A DNA stretch of 64,000 nucleotides from an uncultured Acidobacteriota bacterium (GTDB lineage: Bacteria; Acidobacteriota; Terriglobia; Terriglobales; Acidobacteriaceae): the NCBI GenBank assembly GCA_963733805.1, contig CAVTEO010000018.1, positions 76,898 to 140,897 of the forward strand, given 5' to 3'. Below the pieces are notes generated by a model. The model made no database searches, had not been told where the DNA came from, and saw nothing but the letters and a program-made list of their open reading frames with translations. Below, in pieces: positions 27,214 through 36,670 of this stretch. Made by a program: the position numbers and the translations under genes. Each line of letters starts with the position of its first letter. The first letter of the stretch is position 1.

Positions 27214-29074
27214 ATGCCCATTCTTCAGCCGGTGGATACGCGCCCGGAAGACCTTGGCGTGCTTGACGGCGCTCCTTTTCTTGCGGGTATGCCGCCGTTT
27301 GCAAGCAGGCTGTTGCCGCTGAAAGAGGCGCACGAGTTGTACCAGCGCGCCTGCAGCCGGAGCGGCAGTTCCATCCTTGAAAATCTGTTGCGCGAAATGG
27401 AAATTGATCTTCAGCTAGACGCCGCGGATCTGCATCGCATCCCGAAGACTGGTCCCGTGGTCGTGGTGGCGAATCATCCCTACGGCATGCTGGACGGAGT
27501 CGTGCTCGGCGCTTTACTCAACCGCGTGCGCCCCGACGTCAAGGTCATGACCAACTTCCTGCTCGAAAGCGTGCCCGAGTTACAGCGCTGCTGCGTCTTT
27601 GTCGATCTCATGGGCACGTCGAAATCGCAGGAACGCAACCGCCGCGCCCTGAAAAGTTCGCTCGACTGGTTGCGGCAAGGCGGCATGCTGGCGGTGTTTC
27701 CGGCCGGCGAAGTTTCGCACTGGCAGTTGCCGCAAGGGGCCGTCGCCGATCCGCCCTGGAGCGATGTCGCCGTGCGACTGATTCGCAAAACGGGCGCCGC
27801 AGCGGTACCGGTCTACTTCTGCGGCCAGAACAGCGTCGGGTTTCAATTGATGGGGATGTTGCACCCACGTCTGCGCCTTGCGTTTCTGCTGCAGGAATTT
27901 CTGCAACAGCAAGGCCGGGAGGTTGCTTTGCGGATCGGCGGCCACATTGCCGCGGAGTCGATCACCTCCATCGCGGAAGACCGCAACGCAACCGAGTATC
28001 TGCGTTGGCGAACGTATTTGCTGGCGGAACGCGGCAAGACCCACGCCAGTTTTCCGGATGCCATTCGCTCCGTGCTGCCGCGAAAAAGTGACCACGAAAT
28101 TGTTCCCGCGATCGATCGGGAGTTACTGCTGGGTGATCTGGAGAGTCTTCCGGAGCAGCGGCGCCTCGCGGAGAACAGCGAATTCGCGGTCTACGCCGCC
28201 AAGGGGCACGAACTCCCGAATCTGCTGCAGGAAGTCGGCCGCCTGCGGGAGATTACTTTTCGCGCCACCGGCGAAGGCACCGGCAAGAGCACGGATATCG
28301 ACGCCTTCGACCGCTACTACTGGCATCTGCTGCTGTGGCACAAGGAGAAGCAGGAGTTGGTCGGCGCTTATCGCGCAGCCAATACAGCGGAGGTCATCGC
28401 GCAACATGGCGTAAAGGGCCTTTATACCAACACCCTCTTTCACTACAAGACATTGCTGTTCGAGAAAATGGGACCCGCCCTGGAGTTAGGCCGGTCGTTT
28501 GTGCGCGTCGAATATCAGCGTCAATACGCGCCGCTGCTGCTTTTGTGGAAGGCGATTGCCCGCTTCGTCCTGCTGCGTCCCGAGACGCCGGTGCTCTTTG
28601 GTGCGGTCAGCATCAGCAACACCTACAACCGCGCGTCGCGCGAACTGATCTACTCCTTCTTCGAATCGCGCATGCGGCGAGGACGAACTCGCCGGATTAG
28701 TCACCCCGCGCCGGCCGTTTCGTCCGGGGCGATTGCGCCGCTGGGACTGCCGGGCCGCCTGCAACGCGCTCCGTGACGTGGAAGAACTTTCCAAGCCGAT
28801 CGCCGACGTCGAGATCGACGGTAAAGGCCTGCCGATTTTGCTGAAACAGTACGCGAAAGTGGGCGGGAGGTTTGTCGGCTTCAATGTGGACCGGAAATTT
28901 TCCGACGTGCTCGACGGCCTGGTCGTGGTCGACCTGCGCGAAACCGAACCCGCGGTTATCGAGCGCTATATGGGACGGGAAGGCGTCGCGGCGTTCCGCC
29001 GCCACCATAATGTCGCGTGGGGCTGGGTTAGTCGTCGGTCGTCGGCCTTCAGTCGTCGGCGAAAGCGAATGTGA
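27214..29074 (+). pseudogene. OlsF-like bifunctional lipid acyltransferase (N-terminal PlsC-type O-acyltransferase + C-terminal OlsB/GNAT-type N-acyltransferase), interrupted by a +1 frame break near 28.67-28.73 kb
   Basis: ORF 27214..28776 carries VVANHPYGMLDG and FPAGEVS (PlsC-type), then the GNAT/OlsB-like region. The conserved C-terminus (GEDELAGLVTPRRPFRP...DVEELSKPIADVEIDGKGLPILLKQYAKVGGRFVGFNVDRKFSDVLDGLVVVDL) continues in the frame of ORF 28733..29074. Confidence 0.7.
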
Positions 29075-29110
29075 ATGAGACGGGGCAGCAATGAGAGGTA
29101 CGCCGAATAG

Positions 29111-29185
29111 TGTGTGGAAGTCGAGCCCGAGAAGGAAGACGCTGTGGAATAGGATGTGTGGAAGTCGCGCCCGAGAAGGAAGGCG
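29111..29185. repeat. 31-nt direct repeat, two copies, period 44
   Basis: tgtgtggaagtcgAgcccgagaaggaagAcg (29111-29141) and tgtgtggaagtcgCgcccgagaaggaagGcg (29155-29185). Confidence 0.8.
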
Positions 29186-29317
29186 AGCGGAATCCGCAGA
29201 CAGAGCCGCGCAGCGGCGGCATAGGATAGCCCAGGGCGTAAGCCCTGGGTAAGATTCCAAATGTACGCGAGCCCTGCCAGGGGCGGCACCCCGGCGTTGC
29301 GGGCGTGAGCCCGCAAG

Positions 29318-29807
29318 CTAGGACCGTTTCAGAATCTCCTCGGTCGGCGTAATGCAGGCTTCCACGCTCGGTGCCAGGCTTTCCTCGAGATTCGCGCCCA
29401 ATCGGTCCAGGTCAGCGGCGCCCATCTGTTTCTGCATCTCTTCAAAAAGCTGCCGTTCCTCCTTGCGGATGTGGGCGGAGAGCATTTCTGCGAATTGCCT
29501 CAACGCCGCGCCATCCAGCGCGCGCGCCCGGGCCTGGTCAAACAATCCGCGCAGCCGCACATGCTCGGAGAGCAACTCCTCCACCAATGGAACGAGATCC
29601 GCATGCTGCCGAGCCATGGGGAAAACGTCCTTCTCTTCCGCCGCAAAGTGATGCTGAATCTCGAGCGCGAAGTGCTGCTCGACTTCCGCCTGCCATGCCA
29701 GCACTTCGCGCGCGGAGGCCATGCGGCGCGCGGTTGATCCGTACGCACAATGCGAGCGCATGCTGGTGCTGACGGGAGAGTGGAACCAGACTCTTGTCGC
29801 GGAGCAT
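29318..29807 (-). pseudogene. hemerythrin (HHE cation-binding) domain protein, frame break near 29721-29733
   Basis: The N-terminal helix LVPLSRQHQHALALCVRINRA is in the frame of ORF 29538..29807. The rest (EVLAWQAEVEQHFALEIQHHFAAEEKDVFP...HIRKEERQLFEEM) is in ORF 29318..29761. Confidence 0.6.
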
Positions 29808-29860
29808 GCACCTATTATGCGCTACGAAGGGCCCGTGGCGACCCGCGGATGGGGATCCAG

Positions 29861-30370
29861 TTACTGTTTCACTTCAGCGTTCGACACAGAGTCAAAATGC
29901 TCGGGCCACGCTGCCGTGACAACCAACGCCACCGCAATCCCCAGGGAAACTTCGATGAAGCGATGCGTGGCAATCACCCAGGCCGCATGCTGCCGCGCCA
30001 GCAGCATGACGATCACCTCCGTGATGCCGGCAAAGCGGTACGCCGTGCGGTCCAGACGAAGCGCCAGGCAGATCAATCCGGTCGCGAAAATGGCCGCGGC
30101 GAACACCAGCAGGCTCGACCCGACATAGGTCGCCAGCAGTCCCCCAAGGAATGCTCCCAGGGCTGTGCCGGCGAAACGCTTCACCGAAACCTTCCAGGCC
30201 GCGCCCAGCGTCGACTGCATTACGACAATGGTTGTGACCGTCGCCCAATAAGGCTCGGGCATGCGAAGCGCTTGTGCCACCAATTGTGAAACCACTGCCG
30301 CCAGAGTGGTGCGCACGATATGCAGAACGGAGGTGCGCTCTTCGACCTGCAACGTTTTAGCTGGCGCCAT
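29861..30370 (-). CDS. FUSC/aromatic-acid-exporter-like membrane protein (short form)
   Basis: ORF 29861..30412, start at ATG 30370. MPEPYWATVTTIVVMQSTLGAAWKVSVKRFAGTALGAFLGGL block typical of FUSC-family proteins. Confidence 0.65.
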   Translation of the reverse strand: MAPAKTLQVEERTSVLHIVRTTLAAVVSQLVAQALRMPEPYWATVTTIVVMQSTLGAAWKVSVKRFAGTALGAFLGGLLATYVGSSLLVFAAAIFATGLICLALRLDRTAYRFAGITEVIVMLLARQHAAWVIATHRFIEVSLGIAVALVVTAAWPEHFDSVSNAEVKQ

Positions 30371-30522
30371 CAACGCCTCCCGAAAAAAACTTCGACATTC
30401 TACGCGGCCCACCCGTTCTTTGGCGAAGACCGGGTCCTTTACTAATTTCCTGCGAGCCTAGAGAATGGAAAGTTCGCTTGCAGCCGTCGCTGTCCTCCAC
30501 GTTTCCGTTCCAGGGACAGCGA

Positions 30523-30738
30523 ATGAGCCGTAAGCGCAGGAGCCTTCCTATGCCAGCAACCGGGGAACTTATCCGTCTCATGAACTACGTCGACGACATC
30601 AACGCAACCTTGCGCAAGATTACCTTTTCCATCGCGGGCATGACGGATGAGGAGCGCAAGCGTCTGTCCGAGTACATGGGCTCGGCAGTCAGCGGCATGA
30701 AAGAAGTTCTTCAGCAACTCGACAAGAGTGCGCGCTAG
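30523..30738 (+). CDS. small hypothetical protein, stop overlaps the hbd start
   Basis: ORF 30478..30738 (alternative ATG 30523). Stop TAG overlaps the GTG of the next gene by 1 nt. No recognisable motif. Confidence 0.35.
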   Translation: MSRKRRSLPMPATGELIRLMNYVDDINATLRKITFSIAGMTDEERKRLSEYMGSAVSGMKEVLQQLDKSAR

Positions 30739-31628
30739 TGTCGGAAATTAAGACCATCGCGGTGATTGGCGCTGGAACGATGGGCCGGGGCATCGCCCAT
30801 GCGGCCGCGCTCGGCGGATACCGCACCGTGCTCGAAGACATTCTGCCCAACGCCTTGCGCCGGGCCGAGTCTGAGATCCGCGCGAATCTCGACAAGGCGG
30901 TCGAGTTGGGAAAAGTCGCGGCCAAAGACGCCGACGCGGCCTTTGCCCGCCTGGAATATGCAGGGTCGGTCGACGAAGCTGCCCGGCAGGCCGACCTTGT
31001 CATCGAGGCGGTCCCTGAAGAACTGGAGTCAAAGATCGAGATTTTTACCCTGCTCGACAAGATCTGCCGGCCCACCACCATCCTCGCGTCCAACACCAGT
31101 TCCCTGAGCCTCACCGAAATCGCCAGCGTCACCTACCGCGCGAAGAAAATCGTCGGCATGCACTTCTTCAATCCCGTGCACCAGATGAAGCTGCTTGAAA
31201 TCGTGAAAGGGCTGGAGACCGACGACGACACGCTGGCCGCGGCAGTCGAGGTAGGCCGGCGCATGGGCAAGGAAGTTGTGGTGATCCGCGAGTCCCCGGG
31301 CTTTGTCACCAGCCGCATCAACGCCATGATCGGCAATGAAGCGTTCTACATGTTGCAGGAAGGGGTCGCGACCGCGGAAGACATCGACAAGGCCCTGAAA
31401 CTCGGCCTGAATCATCCCATGGGCCCATTCGAGCTGGTCGACCTGGTCGGCTTGGATACGCGCCTGCACATACTCGAATATCTTCACAAGACGTTGGGAG
31501 AGAAATTCCGCCCGGCACCGTTGCTGGTGCAGTACGTGAAGGCCGGAAGGCTAGGCCGCAAGTCCGGGCGCGGCGTGTTCGAGTATCCAGAAGTGAACAC
31601 CGGGAAAGAGGCAGTGCCCGCCCGCTAG
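30738..31628 (+). CDS. hbd: 3-hydroxybutyryl-CoA / 3-hydroxyacyl-CoA dehydrogenase
   Basis: 296-aa ORF. Rossmann motif IAVIGAGTMGRGIA, conserved SNTSSL and HFFNPV blocks, C-terminal HPMGPFELVDLVGLD. Confidence 0.9.
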   Translation: MSEIKTIAVIGAGTMGRGIAHAAALGGYRTVLEDILPNALRRAESEIRANLDKAVELGKVAAKDADAAFARLEYAGSVDEAARQADLVIEAVPEELESKIEIFTLLDKICRPTTILASNTSSLSLTEIASVTYRAKKIVGMHFFNPVHQMKLLEIVKGLETDDDTLAAAVEVGRRMGKEVVVIRESPGFVTSRINAMIGNEAFYMLQEGVATAEDIDKALKLGLNHPMGPFELVDLVGLDTRLHILEYLHKTLGEKFRPAPLLVQYVKAGRLGRKSGRGVFEYPEVNTGKEAVPAR

Positions 31629-32395
31629 CGGCCCATGGAGCGACGGGCGCCCCCGCCCGTCAGTGGAATAAATTGAAAATCGCGAATAACTGCCGACTGG
31701 TTCCTCGAAGGCGTCCCCTTAAAGCACCAGAGATTGATGCCGACCGGTGCGGCCGTTTGCGGAATGTTGGTCGCGTTCGAGGAATAGGTTTCGGTCTTGA
31801 TGACATCGGCCACCGATCCGATGGGATGAACGCCATTCATCAGCGTGAACACGACGCGATCGGAACTCCACTCCATCCTGGCCGTAGTAAGGTTGCCGCC
31901 GCTGACCTGGAAGTTATCTTCCCAGCTGGAAACGCCCTTGGGCTTGCGGTTTCCAGTGGATGGATAAACGGTAAAGTCGGCATTACAGCCGTGACAGGTC
32001 TTGTTCCACTGGGAAAATTCAATATCAATTTCGTTCTCGGCGTCGGCACCAATGTGGTGCGTGGGCCCATAGGTGAAGAGCCCGAGCACCGTTGTCGGAT
32101 CCATGTTGTAGACGTCGCCCTCGACCACCCACTGGTATGTCCCAAACCCCATAGTGTCGGTCGTAAACAACTCTGCGGCCGTCCATTTTCCTTCGCGCTG
32201 GGCAATGTGGAGATGGAGAGATCCGTCGGGGTTGAACTCGACATTGGCCGGATTCCCGGGAGCGACGCCTGCCATACCACCGCTGGTAACTTTCCAGGTA
32301 TGCCCAGCCCATTTGATCGTCTGGGCTTGGGCGAACTGAAATGCAGTAAGCAGAATGCTGCAGATCGTTGTTCGAATGAAAAGTGTGTTCGGCAT
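31625..32395 (-). CDS. secreted GH16-like / concanavalin-type glucanase-lectin fold protein
   Basis: ORF 31625..32443, start ATG 32395 with signal peptide. ENEIDIEF matches the GH16 ExDxE catalytic pattern. Visibly lower GC than its neighbours. Confidence 0.55.
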   Translation of the reverse strand: MPNTLFIRTTICSILLTAFQFAQAQTIKWAGHTWKVTSGGMAGVAPGNPANVEFNPDGSLHLHIAQREGKWTAAELFTTDTMGFGTYQWVVEGDVYNMDPTTVLGLFTYGPTHHIGADAENEIDIEFSQWNKTCHGCNADFTVYPSTGNRKPKGVSSWEDNFQVSGGNLTTARMEWSSDRVVFTLMNGVHPIGSVADVIKTETYSSNATNIPQTAAPVGINLWCFKGTPSRNQSAVIRDFQFIPLTGGGARRSMGR

Positions 32396-32868
32396 TTTTC
32401 TTTGTTCTTTAATTCCGTGGGTGAAGCGATTCAACCGCCGCAAGCGTTAGCGCGCAAAACCCCTTTTCCGATGTCAATGAGTTCTATAAAAAGGGATGTC
32501 AAGAAAAAAGCTCCGCCTCGACCGGAGGAGATCTTTTCTCGAGATCCAGCCCACTCTGTTTCGTGATCTCTGAAGCGGTTTGGCGTGTTGTCCCATTCTC
32601 ATGAGGTTTCTCCGGTGCTGTGGCAAAGCTCGAGTGTGCGAGACGCGGCAAGCAGGACGACGTTAACCATGGTTCTATCCGAGGCTCGTGGCCTATCGCT
32701 ATTTCTGGTTATCCGAGGGGGCATAGCGTGTAATGGGTGACTCGGTGCCGAAGCACACGGGGCCGATCTCATTGACTGATACTCACCCTCGAACCGAGCA
32801 TCTGCAGAACCCGGCCGCCTACCAGCGGAGTAAACCGCAGAGATGGAAAGCCTGTTCCTCAGAGATGC

Positions 32869-33936
32869 TCAAGCTGCTGGTCGCTGCAATTGTTGAGGGT
32901 CGAACTCCACTCCTTTCTTCCAGAGGGTTAAACTGATCGCGGCTATCTTCCGTGCCAAGGTGAGACGGGCCATGGTCGGTCGCATCCCTTTCTCCACCCG
33001 AGCCACATAAAAATCGCGCAGGGGGCCAGGGCGTGTGCTGGCAGAGATGGCAGCACTTTTGAAGAGATTCTTCAGATCTCGATTGTGGTTGTCATTCAGA
33101 CCGCGAACCGTCATGCGCTCGCGGTTGCGTTGCAGTTTGCCACGCACGGAACGGTACTCCCCGCTGTCGTGGGTCTCGACTGCGAAACCACTGTAGGCCC
33201 ACAGTTGGCGCTTGGTACGAAAACGGTGCGGGGTTTGCAGTAAGGCCACCAGCAAGGCTGAGCGAATCGGACCGATCGAAGGAATCTGGCGCAGTAACTT
33301 CACGGCCGAATGCTTGTGGCTTTCCGCCAGTAACTGGCGCCGTGCTTCCAGGCGCACCGGTTGCAACAGATCGAGCTGCTGATAGAGCCGTTGGGCGCGA
33401 ACCCGCACTCCTGGTTCAGTGATCTTAGCCAACCACTCGGCGCGCTGACGGGGAGAGTAGACGGTTGCACCCGCGCAGGGAATCGCCCAACTGCGGTACA
33501 GAGCTTTGATGCGATTCATGACGCGGGTGACATCTTGGGTGATGGTCAGATAACAGCGCCCCAGTTCTTTCAAGGTGCGAACCCCATGTTCTCCGTGATA
33601 CACGGGATGGAGTTGGTTCCCGCGTAACAGCTCCGCCAGCTTGCGCGCGTCGATCCGATCACTCTTGTTGCCATCCTTTAAAAGAGCATTCTTTCGCGGA
33701 TCGCACACTACCAGCCGGCTAACGTGGGGTCTCAGAAGATCGTGGAGCCAGGCTGCGGACGTGCCTTCCTCGAAGGTCAGAGACAGAGTTCCGTGCAGTC
33801 CTCTGATGAACTCGACAATCGTGGCCGCCTTGGTCTCCAGCAGGCATTCCATAATCAGCTTGCCTTGCGCATCCATCACCGCCACCGAGATGGTGGCTTG
33901 GTGCACGTCCATACCGATATACTTTTCCTGACTCAT
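32869..33936 (-). CDS. IS110-family (DEDD) transposase
   Basis: 355-aa ORF. N-terminal YIGMDVHQATISVAV (DEDD/RuvC-like) and C-terminal LLRQIPSIGPIRSALLVALLQTPHRF..KRQLWAYSGF (Transposase_20-type) blocks. Confidence 0.9.
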   Translation of the reverse strand: MSQEKYIGMDVHQATISVAVMDAQGKLIMECLLETKAATIVEFIRGLHGTLSLTFEEGTSAAWLHDLLRPHVSRLVVCDPRKNALLKDGNKSDRIDARKLAELLRGNQLHPVYHGEHGVRTLKELGRCYLTITQDVTRVMNRIKALYRSWAIPCAGATVYSPRQRAEWLAKITEPGVRVRAQRLYQQLDLLQPVRLEARRQLLAESHKHSAVKLLRQIPSIGPIRSALLVALLQTPHRFRTKRQLWAYSGFAVETHDSGEYRSVRGKLQRNRERMTVRGLNDNHNRDLKNLFKSAAISASTRPGPLRDFYVARVEKGMRPTMARLTLARKIAAISLTLWKKGVEFDPQQLQRPAA

Positions 33937-34004
33937 AAAGGCGCTCCCTTTCGCTAGGTTGGCGATGCGAACAATCTCAACCTACCGCAAAAGTGGGCGC
34001 CTTT
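32869..34004 (-). mobile_element. IS110-family insertion sequence (minimum extent; true ends not determinable from one copy)
   Basis: Transposase CDS plus the structured 68-nt leader at 33937-34004. IS110 elements lack terminal inverted repeats, so the ends cannot be read without a second copy or an empty site. About 470 nt of non-coding DNA (32396-32868) lies on the 3' side. Confidence 0.6.
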
Positions 34005-34082
34005 TTATATTGCGTGCAATGGCGATGTTTCAACAGCTATCTCGCACGGTACACTTCTTCGGAAGACAGCGAGTCAACCGAT

Positions 34083-34631
34083 ATGCATCACAGTAACAGT
34101 GAGCTTGTCCATGCTTTCCCGGCAGACTTGCGAGACAATGCAGTTCTTGCGCTGTCAGCGTTTCCCGAAAATCCCCATCCATCAAAGACCTTCTCGGCAA
34201 GGGTCGCCGACCAGATTGTCGTTTTGCCAGACCGGATATATCACGACCCGGCACTGATCGACACGGTTCCGCTCAACACTGTTCAGAAAGAACTAGTTGA
34301 CTGCTTGCTAACAAGGCATCACGACGGCCTCGTTCGTGAAAAGCATTTGACGCGAATCATTTCTCGCAATCACATCTGGGTTCCGCCTTTTGTCGTCCAA
34401 CTCGCGGGAGAGTACGTGATTGAAATACTTCACGTCATACGGCACAACCTGAGTCTTCTGGACGCCTCGATTTACGGGGAGTTCCTGCGGACGAATCCGG
34501 AACTCTTTGCGGTAACAAAGCAACGGGTCGCTAGCTATTGGGATTGCTACTACCGCAACTGCAGGCGGGAAGAGTATGTTGGCTTCCAAGTGCTCGATTT
34601 CCTTGAGTCTCTTGTCGGGAAGAGTCCCTGA
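34083..34631 (+). CDS. hypothetical protein (no recognisable domain)
   Basis: ORF 33993..34631, ATG at 34083 preferred. Lower-GC composition, adjacent to the IS. Confidence 0.45.
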   Translation: MHHSNSELVHAFPADLRDNAVLALSAFPENPHPSKTFSARVADQIVVLPDRIYHDPALIDTVPLNTVQKELVDCLLTRHHDGLVREKHLTRIISRNHIWVPPFVVQLAGEYVIEILHVIRHNLSLLDASIYGEFLRTNPELFAVTKQRVASYWDCYYRNCRREEYVGFQVLDFLESLVGKSP

Positions 34632-34850
34632 CGTCCGGCGGCTCGCAATGATAACTGTCGTAACCAGGCCGTTTCACCAGCTTGCGCGGTTTATTCTCCC
34701 ATGTTCGTACGAAACCAGCCAGCTGGGTCCATTAATCCTATGGGGATACTACGACGTGACAATTCTGCTATCCGTCGGGCGATATACCGCATCGAACTGG
34801 ATGCAGTCCCGCCGAGGCTCGAATCGCGGTGGAACTGAGGTGGTGAAGAA

Positions 34851-35078
34851 ATGCAAGAGCGGACACTGACTATCGCGGAGATATTCCTCATCGCCGGAAC
34901 TCGGGTTGCACTGGGTGCCGGGATTGGCCTTTTGCTTTCCAACAAGCTCAACAAGGACCAACGCAATGCCGCCGGGTTGGCCCTCGCCTTCATCGGAGGG
35001 CTTACTACAATTCCGCTGGCTCTAAGTGTGATGGGCAGAAAGACTGCTCGTGCTACGGAGATTAGACCAGCGGCATAA
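34851..35078 (+). CDS. small two-TM membrane protein, hypothetical
   Basis: 75-aa ORF preceded by GAGGTGG 7 nt upstream. Two hydrophobic segments (IAEIFLIAGTRVALGAGIGLLL, AGLALAFIGGLTTIPLALSVM). Confidence 0.45.
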   Translation: MQERTLTIAEIFLIAGTRVALGAGIGLLLSNKLNKDQRNAAGLALAFIGGLTTIPLALSVMGRKTARATEIRPAA

Positions 35079-35134
35079 GAGCACAAGTGCGCATTGTCTG
35101 AGACACGTCGGGCGGGGACGCCCGACGCTCCACC

Positions 35135-35165
35135 AAAAAAAGAAGCGGCCGCACGCCGCGGCCGC
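35135..35165 (-). terminator. rho-independent terminator of the DUF2911 gene
   Basis: On the minus strand: GCGGCCGC-ggcgt-GCGGCCGC followed by TTCTTTTTTT. A second 9-bp hairpin with GGGA loop at 35107-35128 lies between the convergent genes. Confidence 0.75.
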
Positions 35166-35196
35166 TCTCAGCTTCGATTCTACAGATCAGCAAAGC

Positions 35197-36276
35197 CTAC
35201 TTGTTGATATCGTCCTTCGCCTCCAGCCGCTTGATCGCCGCCTGGATGAATACTTTGTTTTGCTCGGGTGCCGCGGCTTCGGCCAGTTTCATCTCTTTTA
35301 CCGCGTTGTCGAAATCTCCCTGTGACGAGTACACGCGCGCCATGCCGGAGTGCGTGAACCACATGTCAGGATGCTGCTGGAAGTTCTTCTTCCACACCGC
35401 GTAGGCTTCGGCGTCTTTCTTCTGGCCTTTCAGCGCGAAAGCATATTGGTGCAACTGGATCGGCGTCGCGATCTCCACTGCTTTGTCATGAGCAACCTTG
35501 GCTTCGTCTTTCTTGCCCAGCGCTTCAAGAATCTGCGACTTGGTGTTGTAGTTTTCGTAGCGCGGCTCCGAGCCGATCGACCGGTTCGAGAATTCCAGCG
35601 CTTCGTCCAGATTCACCTTGTGCGCGAGCAGGTAGTTCGCGGCGTCGTCCCATCCATCCCACGTGTATTGGGGCAGTCCGCGCATCTGGGCCTTCAAGCT
35701 GGCATCGACGATATTGTTGACGTCGACCCCAACCTTGAACGGAACCGCGACCTTTTCCCATCGCATGGTGATCACGGCGGAGTTCTCGGTCGGCTGGTCG
35801 ATCTCGTACGCCAGGGCTTCTTCCATCTCGGCGGCTTGTGGCTTCACGTTCACGCGCAGCGCGTCTTCCGCTTCCTTGTAGGTGAAGCTGCCCCACGCGC
35901 TGTTGACCTTCGAGAAGATGACGGTCCACTCTTTCTCGTTCGGAATCATGTGCAGGCCATACGTGCCTTTTTCGAGCGGCTTGCCTTCGATGGTCACCGC
36001 GTCGGTGAACGTGATGGTGGTGTTCTCGTTGGCGCCGGCGCGCCATACTTGTCCGTAGGGAACCACCTTGCCCCAGATTGTCCGGCCTTTCACCAGTGGG
36101 CGATGATAGTTGACGGTAATATCGGTGATGCCGACGCGTTGCGTAACCGAGGCCCGCTGGCTGTCGCGGGGAATGTTCAACTGGGTCGACTGGGCAAAGC
36201 TGGCGCTGGCGGCAAGCAACACCGCAAGTCCGACGGCGACGGGCAGAAGTCGTTTGTACACAGGAGTCCTCCTCAA
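35197..36276 (-). CDS. DUF2911-family secreted protein with C-terminal TPR region
   Basis: 359-aa ORF with signal peptide. VWRAGANENTTITF and GKPLEKGTYGLHMIP blocks characteristic of DUF2911. Confidence 0.75.
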   Translation of the reverse strand: MRRTPVYKRLLPVAVGLAVLLAASASFAQSTQLNIPRDSQRASVTQRVGITDITVNYHRPLVKGRTIWGKVVPYGQVWRAGANENTTITFTDAVTIEGKPLEKGTYGLHMIPNEKEWTVIFSKVNSAWGSFTYKEAEDALRVNVKPQAAEMEEALAYEIDQPTENSAVITMRWEKVAVPFKVGVDVNNIVDASLKAQMRGLPQYTWDGWDDAANYLLAHKVNLDEALEFSNRSIGSEPRYENYNTKSQILEALGKKDEAKVAHDKAVEIATPIQLHQYAFALKGQKKDAEAYAVWKKNFQQHPDMWFTHSGMARVYSSQGDFDNAVKEMKLAEAAAPEQNKVFIQAAIKRLEAKDDINK

Positions 36277-36670
36277 AGTTGTGCGTAGGGACTGCGATCC
36301 GGCCGAGTGCGGCGGTCGCAGTATGCATGCTCGGGTGGCACGGAACCTTTAGACGGCAGTGCCCGGAACAAGGTGAGCAAACAGCGCTGATGTCTACAAG
36401 AAACCCGCAACCTGAAATCAGAAATCCACAGTCGGCAAATAAATTCCCAACCTGGACCTGCGACTTCGACCTCAACAAAACATTGGTCTGAGGAAGCTAA
36501 CCCTTTTTCCCTCAGCGGAGTCTAAGCAATAAGGATTCGTCTCGCTCGCGGGAACTTTCATGGCCTTGGGGACGTATCTCCAACAGAAGCAAGGGGCGGG
36601 ACATGAGACCCCCCGCCCGACCTTGAACCCGGGGCCCCCAGTCGCTGCCCAGTGCCTGGGGGCACAACCT

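Noticed and set aside
31625-35100. Prophage or integrative element
   Set aside because: Only an IS110 transposase and small orphan genes are present. There are no integrase, phage structural, conjugation or tRNA-attachment features.
35350-36478. ORFs 35350..36288 (+) and 35525..36478 (-)
   Set aside because: They are alternative-frame or antisense shadows of the DUF2911 gene, which has a signal peptide and family motifs.
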